DNA of 64,000 nucleotides from a virus: IMG/VR virus record IMGVR_UViG_3300031418_000005, positions 182,338 to 246,337 of that record; one strand, 5' to 3'. Shown piece by piece: positions 57,512 to 64,000 of this stretch (position 1 is its first letter; each line of letters starts with the position of its first letter). The notes under the pieces were generated by a model. It saw only the letters and a program-made list of their open reading frames with translations, ran no database searches and was not told where the DNA came from. The position numbers and the translations under genes were made by a program.

Positions 57512-57835
57512 TTAAAACCCATTATCCCCACCTTGCGCAATCCACATCATGCAGTCGTTAACATAATGGTCGGCATGTGACATCAGTAGCAGCACCCCGC
57601 CTAACGTCAACGGGACACGACCCGCCTCGTGACGACGACAATGTGTCCGCACACAAATCTCATTCCCAAGGAAAACGACCTCGTGGTAAGGCCCTTTGGT
57701 GACCATCAGCGTTGTCACTATCTTCGCTGCTGTCTCCGGTGTGTCCGATAAAGAACCGCCCTGCATCAGGTACTGTGCAATCTCCATCGGCGACATGCCA
57801 GACAGGTTCGCATTCGAAGTAGAGTCCACAATCAT
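57512..57835 (-). CDS. Hypothetical protein, 107 aa
   Basis: GAGG RBS; overlaps the upstream ORF. Confidence 0.55.
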   Translation of the reverse strand: MIVDSTSNANLSGMSPMEIAQYLMQGGSLSDTPETAAKIVTTLMVTKGPYHEVVFLGNEICVRTHCRRHEAGRVPLTLGGVLLLMSHADHYVNDCMMWIAQGGDNGF

Positions 57836-58289
57836 TACCTCGTTTAAATTCTACCGTACATTCACGGATGTCTGGGAAATGACACTCCGTCGCATTCTCG
57901 AACACCCGATACATCCGCTCAACCATCTCGTCCGGTGTAACCGGTTCCGCGCACTGGAGCATCATCAGTTCGTGGTACAGTGGGTGCTCGATAAACCCAG
58001 ACAGATACGTCAGTTTGATTAAACTGCGTACCAGTTGTTTGATGCCCATGACCTTGGCCTGGTCGTACCAGAACTTCGCTTCCATGTTATCTGCGGTCGG
58101 GTGTAAAGCCGGATGAATATAATCCAGCTTTGTAATCCCCAGACGCATCAGTTCGTTAGCGATCGCCATCCCGATTGAAACCGGTATATTCAGAGAGGGT
58201 TGTGTCACCGACGAAGAGTCCCGATTTCGCTCCAACTTTGCGGGGGTCGTTGGTGTGGCGTTCACTATTGCAGGCAACGTTCCACTCAT
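57660..58289 (-). CDS. Hypothetical protein, 209 aa
   Basis: ORF with GGAG upstream; long overlaps at both ends. Confidence 0.6.
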   Translation of the reverse strand: MSGTLPAIVNATPTTPAKLERNRDSSSVTQPSLNIPVSIGMAIANELMRLGITKLDYIHPALHPTADNMEAKFWYDQAKVMGIKQLVRSLIKLTYLSGFIEHPLYHELMMLQCAEPVTPDEMVERMYRVFENATECHFPDIRECTVEFKRGNDCGLYFECEPVWHVADGDCTVPDAGRFFIGHTGDSSEDSDNADGHQRALPRGRFPWE

Positions 58290-58566
58290 TTTCTACTTTC
58301 TCCATTTGGTTAGAAGCATACAGTCGAACGTCGGTCACTTTCTCCGTCGCATCGGCCAGACCTTTAGCATGGATAACACTGTGTTCTAAATTGTACAGCT
58401 TTTTCAGCAAGACCTTGTTCAGGTTAATCGCTGCCTGTGCCACGGTGATGAAGTGGTCGCGCTGCCCGGCAGTTTCGTTCTGGAGTTTTTGCAGTTGGAA
58501 GATTTCCATCGACTTGATCGCCAACGCCAGTGCTTCGTTCGGGTCAGTGACTTTTACTTGTTCCAT
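58156..58566 (-). CDS. Hypothetical protein, 136 aa
   Basis: GGAG RBS; helical/coiled-coil-like composition. Confidence 0.6.
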   Translation of the reverse strand: MEQVKVTDPNEALALAIKSMEIFQLQKLQNETAGQRDHFITVAQAAINLNKVLLKKLYNLEHSVIHAKGLADATEKVTDVRLYASNQMEKVENEWNVACNSERHTNDPRKVGAKSGLFVGDTTLSEYTGFNRDGDR

Positions 58567-58834
58567 TTATGTTCTCCGCTTCTAATTGATGGTAAATGGC
58601 ATGGTCAACTTTCATGCCTAAGTCTTCGGCCAGCTTCAACAGCTTTTGTGCGTCGGCCACGCTATGTGTGTTCCCTGCCGCAATATGCTTTGCAGTAAGG
58701 CTGAGTGCTACCTGGGATTGTACTGCAGCGGTGGCAAGTTTCTCCCAACCTTGCTTATATTTCCGCAGCTCCTGGTTTTCTTTGTACAGTTCGCGTTGGC
58801 GTTTGTTGATTAACCCCAGTAACCAGTCCAGCAT
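58544..58834 (-). CDS. Hypothetical protein, 96 aa
   Basis: GGGG RBS; coiled-coil-like. Confidence 0.6.
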   Translation of the reverse strand: MLDWLLGLINKRQRELYKENQELRKYKQGWEKLATAAVQSQVALSLTAKHIAAGNTHSVADAQKLLKLAEDLGMKVDHAIYHQLEAENINGTSKSH

Positions 58835-58837
58835 GGC

Positions 58838-59356
58838 TTACCCCCGGTGCAAGAAAATGACGTTGGTATTGTTGTACTTCGGTTCTGACCAGGTCAGTTC
58901 CCAGTACGTGTTCTTGTCATCACGCGATTCCATACGCAGGTTTTTCACGCCTTCCAGTTCCAGCACTTTCAGCACGTTAACGATAGCACGCAGTTCTTCA
59001 CGCGGTCTGTCCCAAATCACTTCCAGGAATTCGTTAAGACGTGGCGGGTTTGCAACCGGACGTACCGGTATCAGATTTTCACCCCCGTTATACATCACGT
59101 TGGTTGGAGTACGCGGAACACGCCATACCCAATCTTCGTTACGGTCACACGGATGATACGCAGAGAGTTGCGCCAGTGCATTGGCCACACTGCGGCAACG
59201 GAAATACCAGATGTCCCATTCGTCTTCTGGGAACAGTTCAGCGACCTTTGCTTTCATCGGGTCGATGTTCAGGTCAGGGGAATGGATGCCCTGTCCGGCG
59301 ATAAGCGCCTGACGTTCGCGCTTGGTGTACAGATTCATGTTAACAGTGAGTGACAC
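58838..59356 (-). CDS. Hypothetical protein, 172 aa
   Basis: GTG start with AAGGAG RBS. Confidence 0.7.
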   Translation of the reverse strand: MSLTVNMNLYTKRERQALIAGQGIHSPDLNIDPMKAKVAELFPEDEWDIWYFRCRSVANALAQLSAYHPCDRNEDWVWRVPRTPTNVMYNGGENLIPVRPVANPPRLNEFLEVIWDRPREELRAIVNVLKVLELEGVKNLRMESRDDKNTYWELTWSEPKYNNTNVIFLHRG

Positions 59357-59382
59357 GGTAATGCTCCTTCAGGGATGTGTAG

Positions 59383-59790
59383 TTATTGTTGGTTCTGTTT
59401 AATCAGCGATGACAGAAATCCACTGCCGATGGGTTTACCTGCACCGACAATTGCTACCGGCTTGGTGTAATTAGCGCAGATGGACGAAACAAGTTCCAAC
59501 TGCTGTGCGGTGGAGTGAGATGGCTTTCTTTCAAACGCTAGAAACCCTTCCACAAATCGGTTGAATGCAATCATGCTACGCTCTCCCATTGGGAAACGTG
59601 GGATGGGTAGGATTTCCAGTTTGAAGTCCATACCGCTGGCGTTGTGTTTTTGCACCATATCGACGATGCGGCGTTGTAGCATCATTTCGCCTTCACCTTC
59701 CAGGTCGGTGGCAACTTCCACACACGCAACTTTATACACATCCTTTTTGGTAGCGCCAGACATGGCACTGTTCTGTACTTTTTGACTCAT
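59383..59790 (-). CDS. Early hypothetical protein, 135 aa
   Basis: Start MSQKV at 59790 after TAAGGAG; promoter-like motif upstream. Confidence 0.7.
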   Translation of the reverse strand: MSQKVQNSAMSGATKKDVYKVACVEVATDLEGEGEMMLQRRIVDMVQKHNASGMDFKLEILPIPRFPMGERSMIAFNRFVEGFLAFERKPSHSTAQQLELVSSICANYTKPVAIVGAGKPIGSGFLSSLIKQNQQ

Positions 59791-59847
59791 GAGAATACTC
59801 CTTAAGGGATAACACATATCGACTGGTCGACGCGTAATTTTCGCGCA

Positions 59848-59876
59848 TTCACCAAGATAATATCTATCTACGAAAT
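59848..59876 (-). promoter_or_regulatory. Early promoter variant
   Basis: Minus strand ATTTCGTAGATAGATATTATCTTGGTGAA resembles the 27-mer. Confidence 0.55.
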
Positions 59877-59894
59877 TTTAGGATAAAAAAGAAA

Positions 59895-59916
59895 TACCCA
59901 CTCCGAAGAGTGGGTA
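59895..59916 (-). terminator. Intrinsic terminator, UUCG loop
   Basis: TACCCACTC-CGAA-GAGTGGGTA with an A-run. Confidence 0.8.
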
Positions 59917-59920
59917 AGGT

Positions 59921-62900
59921 TTAGAGCTTGTCGTCGGGCAACACGTAGGTGATGTCCAGAGATGCCGTAGTGTGGTCGGGTATCGCCAGGTCTTTATAGA
60001 TGTCTACGCCCGCACCGTGTTCCTTGTACATGATGTACAGGCCCATGGCGCGCATCGCTTCCCCCGTATAGAAACCAAACGCCATTCCGTTATCGGACGA
60101 TTCCCGTGGTGCCGGTGACCATGCCCCGTTAATCGCTTTACCTGGGATGGATGTGACGGTAAAGCCTTCACCCATCTCTTTCATCCCAGCTTCGATAATC
60201 CGTGATAACCCCGGTACCGTACAACCTGCCATCGCAGCCCAGCAACTCCCGGCAATCCACAACGCACACATGTGAGCAGTGAAGTCATCCTCCACCCACA
60301 CGGGTTTGTTAGGAGCTACCGGGAACTCGTTCGGGGTATGGCCGTTGAACTTGTCGACAAAGCCAGTCAGCCAGGTCGCCCAGGTCTCCACGTAGTCTTT
60401 CAACTTCTGTGGTACCGGCTTCCCGCGCACAACCAACTCGTACCAGCAACGCGCTGCAGCGTTGTACGCACGCGGCTGATAACCTGCCCACGGATGACCG
60501 TCGCCCCAGTGGAAGGTTGTCCAGGTGTCCGGTGGGCCGTAGGAGTAGTTATCCCAACGGTTCCAGATGTACGCCGCACACCCTGGCCCTAACTCCCCGA
60601 TTTGGGTGTTGTAGGCTTGCTGCGAATCGTACATAAAGGCCACCTGATTCTGGAGCCAATCATCGTAACGGTTATCAGTGTGTATCGCGTACATAAACGG
60701 ATACTGGTAACCTGGATATGGCATCCCGTGCCATGCTCCTAACTGCGCGGTACCTTCAGAGTAAATGTTCGAGAACGGAATTGTTCCCGGACAATACGCC
60801 AGTGAATCCAAACGGTAGTCTTTGATGGTGCAGTCACCGACTAACGCATTAAACTCACTGGCCCCACGGATAGCGATACGGAAGGTCAGTGTCCACCCGT
60901 CGTCTTTGTCGAACACCGGTGGCACGTCGTTCACGCAGTAATACGCAAAGTGTGCGTTGTCCACGGTAGAGTCCGGTAGAATGGTCACCTGGTCAATCGT
61001 GGTGTAGTTCGGCGCAGTAGGTTTAGGGTCAGTATCGGCATGGTCAGGCTGATACCCAGATAAGGTGGCATCGGCTTTGTTGATAATGACCTGTTTCCAT
61101 TCGCCGTTGGTAGACGGTAACATCCACCACCATCGCCATTTATCATCATCTTCGAAACGGAAGTTAAAGTCCGCATCCGCACGATAGACAATCGAGTTCG
61201 GTGGGGCTTTACCCGCATCGGTTAACCAGAAGCCGATGATGAACCCGGCGTCATCGGTCGGGAACAACGCATCCACGACTGTCCCCGCACGCCCATCGTA
61301 AATCCCGGTCTCGAATTTCTCCTCCCACGTACAGCCACCGTAATCCGAACACGCCCGCGCATCCGCAATCAGATAGTCCTTGCCATTCGGGTCAGAGATT
61401 CTCGCCAGTTGTCCTAAGCCGATATCGTACTGCTCGACTTCATTCAACACCGAACGCGGCAACGTCACGCCGTACCAGTTGACTTCCTGGGTATCGGCTT
61501 TGACCGGGTTGATGTCCACCATCACGCGACAGTAGATAGGGTCGCCATTAACACAGGAGCCCCCGTACGTCACCCTGAGCTTCGATTCCGTGTTGATGCG
61601 GAAACGTACTGCCTGTTGCTCCATGAAGTGCTGTACGGCTTCTGGGGCGTGTATGGTGATGTCACCGTTCGCGTCACGGCCGTATGCCACAGTTACCGTG
61701 TCAGGATAGGAGAAATCGTAAGAGATGGCATCGGTAAAAGGTGTTTCAGCAAGCTTCGAGCGTCGGAAGAATTTATCTGACGCATCGATATAGGTGTATT
61801 CATGCGCAGTGAAGAACACACAATCCAACGCTTGCTTATACCGCGCTTCACCGGTGATACGCCACAGCAGGTAGCAGGCATCAATAAACCACACCTCAGC
61901 ATCCGCCGCGTTCCCCATCTGGTTCGTTGAGCCAAAGAACGGGGTGTGTACTGGACGGTTATGCCACGGCTCGTTACGGGCGAACTGATAGCCACCGTGT
62001 TCTACCGGAAGCTGAACGGCATAGTTAACCAGATAGACACCATTCAGTGTCGTGTCTTTTAACTGCACCGTTCCTTTTTGTTCATCAGGAAGGTTCTCTT
62101 CAATGATATCCCCGTCCTGAATCTTATTCCCCGTCCAGGCCACTAACCAGTCACAAGGGTACTGCGGCCCTTTAGACGCGCTGCCACCCCACATCGGGGT
62201 ATAACCGGTTGCATTCCCCAGGAGTGTCGGCCAATCCACCCAGGCTTTCACTTCATACGGTTCGGCGGGATTAGTGATGACATGGTCTAACACCGAATCC
62301 CAGTTAATTAACCCGTCTTTATCTTCCTTGATAATCTGCACGTCAGCGTTAATCGCACCCCAGGTTGGATGTCCCCGGTGTGCAATGGTAAAGGTGTTCA
62401 GGTATTCACCCCAGAAAGGCGCGCCATGAGGGATCGTTGCCTTACCATTCGTAAAGCGCAGAGGCACACACTTATACCCACCGTGCGTCGGCTCCGTCGG
62501 GTGTACCGGGTAATCGGCCAGTACCGGCTCTTTGCCATTCACCAGCCAGTTACAAATCCAACGTTGTGCGGAGGTAGGGATCGGTTGGTTGGCGTAGAAG
62601 TATTTGACATACGCTTCCCAGGCATGAATCGCCGCATCCAACCACATTTGATGTTTGGTGGCGATGTACATGTGACAATAACCGATGATGTGCAACGATT
62701 GTCCTTCGGTCGTGGCATCCCCGTTTGGTTGGTATTCCGACATGGTATCCGCGATGAAGTGTCGGTTGTTTGAGAGCACCCCCTCTTCATTCTGGATATA
62801 GTGGTCGGTGTGCGCATCTTGCGTAGTGCCAGTGTTGCGCTTAACGAAGTCTTGATGACCGTAAGCCATCGACAGGGCATTATTAATCCCTGAACGAATT

Positions 62901-62923
62901 GCGATTAAGGAGTTGCTACCCAT
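59921..62923 (-). CDS. Large putative virion protein with GH8-like glycoside hydrolase motifs, 1000 aa
   Basis: ATTEGQS and NAADAEVW..LLWRITGEARY resemble GH8 TSEGQSY and ASDAD.W..RY motifs. Confidence 0.55.
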   Translation of the reverse strand: MGSNSLIAIRSGINNALSMAYGHQDFVKRNTGTTQDAHTDHYIQNEEGVLSNNRHFIADTMSEYQPNGDATTEGQSLHIIGYCHMYIATKHQMWLDAAIHAWEAYVKYFYANQPIPTSAQRWICNWLVNGKEPVLADYPVHPTEPTHGGYKCVPLRFTNGKATIPHGAPFWGEYLNTFTIAHRGHPTWGAINADVQIIKEDKDGLINWDSVLDHVITNPAEPYEVKAWVDWPTLLGNATGYTPMWGGSASKGPQYPCDWLVAWTGNKIQDGDIIEENLPDEQKGTVQLKDTTLNGVYLVNYAVQLPVEHGGYQFARNEPWHNRPVHTPFFGSTNQMGNAADAEVWFIDACYLLWRITGEARYKQALDCVFFTAHEYTYIDASDKFFRRSKLAETPFTDAISYDFSYPDTVTVAYGRDANGDITIHAPEAVQHFMEQQAVRFRINTESKLRVTYGGSCVNGDPIYCRVMVDINPVKADTQEVNWYGVTLPRSVLNEVEQYDIGLGQLARISDPNGKDYLIADARACSDYGGCTWEEKFETGIYDGRAGTVVDALFPTDDAGFIIGFWLTDAGKAPPNSIVYRADADFNFRFEDDDKWRWWWMLPSTNGEWKQVIINKADATLSGYQPDHADTDPKPTAPNYTTIDQVTILPDSTVDNAHFAYYCVNDVPPVFDKDDGWTLTFRIAIRGASEFNALVGDCTIKDYRLDSLAYCPGTIPFSNIYSEGTAQLGAWHGMPYPGYQYPFMYAIHTDNRYDDWLQNQVAFMYDSQQAYNTQIGELGPGCAAYIWNRWDNYSYGPPDTWTTFHWGDGHPWAGYQPRAYNAAARCWYELVVRGKPVPQKLKDYVETWATWLTGFVDKFNGHTPNEFPVAPNKPVWVEDDFTAHMCALWIAGSCWAAMAGCTVPGLSRIIEAGMKEMGEGFTVTSIPGKAINGAWSPAPRESSDNGMAFGFYTGEAMRAMGLYIMYKEHGAGVDIYKDLAIPDHTTASLDITYVLPDDKL

Positions 62924-63390
62924 TCTGTATATCCTGTTCCGCCCACAGCGCCTTTCCAGGTCGACCCGCCATCAATCGTGGTCAGAGTGATGAAATCTGA
63001 CTTCCCCTTCTGATACGACAACACAGGTTCTGCATCGTGAGGGAACTTCACATTTGATGGCCACTTGATAAGGTTTGCTCCGGTACCTTGAATGATGGTC
63101 AAGTTGAGTGTATACCGTAACGCCCCGAGCACCCCATCTTTCTTGATGGTAAGTGTGGTCTCAGGTAAGGTCAGCCCGAGGTTCCAATCGGTCGATTCCG
63201 CTGCTGCCAATTCATAACTCGCGCTACTGATATTGACGGCCTGGGCGAATTTAGGTGTGGGGAGTATTTCTAAAGGATACCGGTATGCTTTCCCATCCTT
63301 CACGAACAACATCATGCCATCTTTCACGTCGGTGAAATTCGTGTAGAGAGGTAAGTCCTCAAAAGGTTGCTTCTTAACTGGACTGGCCAT
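62905..63390 (-). CDS. Tail-fibre-associated small beta-domain protein, 161 aa
   Basis: LTIIQGTG..IKWPSNVK..P.LS..D.ITLTTIDGGSTW motif common at phage fibre C-termini. Confidence 0.6.
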   Translation of the reverse strand: MASPVKKQPFEDLPLYTNFTDVKDGMMLFVKDGKAYRYPLEILPTPKFAQAVNISSASYELAAAESTDWNLGLTLPETTLTIKKDGVLGALRYTLNLTIIQGTGANLIKWPSNVKFPHDAEPVLSYQKGKSDFITLTTIDGGSTWKGAVGGTGYTEWVATP

Positions 63391-63926
63391 TACTCTTCCT
63401 CGTCAGTCAGTACAAGTACCGTGTTTTCGTCCAAACACAATACGCTATCCGTATCGGTTGTAACGACGTACTCGTTTTTGGTAAACAGGGTTGCGACAAA
63501 CGTCCCAAGCCAAGCTGGGGAGCCCTCAGATATTAAAACCAGATTCATTTCATCGACCGTAACCGTGGCAGACTGAATATCGGTGTCTGCCAAGTTAGTG
63601 CCGCAATAACCGTTAATCACCGAAACGATTTGTTGTATATCTGTTTCGGTACCGTCTAGTGAAACCAACAGCGGTTGGAAGTTATCCAGCACGTTAGCAG
63701 CACTTAATCGATCGTAATAAACGGTGACGGTTTTTCCATTAGGCTTACGGGTCTTCGCCACGATGGCCTGGGTGTTCTTCGGAATGATTTCGACTGCGTT
63801 ATTCACATCGACATTCCGAATCACGATATCCTTATCAGTCAGCGTCAGGTTATTGTCGTGGTTGATGAGCGCCAACACGAGCGCATTCGAATCCAGAGTA
63901 AGGTCAGGTTGATACCGTTCCGCCAT
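63390..63926 (-). CDS. Putative virion structural protein (RNT/YDR family), 178 aa
   Basis: Likely start MAERY at 63926; LINHDN..KNT..VYYDRL..SPAWLG. Confidence 0.7.
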   Translation of the reverse strand: MAERYQPDLTLDSNALVLALINHDNNLTLTDKDIVIRNVDVNNAVEIIPKNTQAIVAKTRKPNGKTVTVYYDRLSAANVLDNFQPLLVSLDGTETDIQQIVSVINGYCGTNLADTDIQSATVTVDEMNLVLISEGSPAWLGTFVATLFTKNEYVVTTDTDSVLCLDENTVLVLTDEEE

Positions 63927-63955
63927 TATTTGTCTCCAGAGCGAAAAAAAAATAG

Positions 63956-63985
63956 AGCTACCACACATAAGATCGTGTGGTAGCT
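63956..63985 (-). terminator. Intrinsic terminator
   Basis: AGCTACCACAC / GTGTGGTAGCT stem with an A-run on the left. Confidence 0.7.
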
Positions 63986-64000
63986 ACGCTACTTTTTAAC

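Noticed and set aside
1-64000. tRNA/rRNA genes, integrase or IS elements
   Set aside because: None recognised by eye, and intergenic gaps are short and mostly explained by terminators and promoters. tRNAscan-SE would be needed to exclude tRNAs formally.

Overview
This 64 kb window looks like part of a phiKZ-like jumbo myophage (Chimalliviridae-like, SPN3US/PhiEaH2 type), probably with an Enterobacterales host. The assignment is an inference from an SbcC/SMC ATPase, an HxH baseplate spike, very large tail-fibre paralogs, TATATTAC-type early promoter repeats, TATG late-promoter motifs, many UUCG terminators and a DUF1471 gene. Layout: minus-strand early/accessory genes (1-9 kb, 53.6-59.8 kb); spike and four tail-fibre-like genes (9-26.3 kb); a plus-strand cluster (26.4-31.8 kb); a GH108 endolysin region with two tiny cationic peptides missed by the ORF track; about 20 kb of paralogous structural genes including a three-gene module repeated three times; a tailspike-like depolymerase; and a GH8-like 1000-aa protein. 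The most notable system is the 26.4-31.8 kb cluster. It has three paralogous leader-plus-(CxxxC/CxxC)n Cys/Ser/Gly peptides, two radical SAM enzymes (one with SPASM), a possible degenerate rSAM-like protein and a DUF4376-like protein. This suggests a phage-encoded RiPP-like peptide-modification system directly downstream of the tail-fibre genes. Family names come from motif recognition only; no database searches were run.
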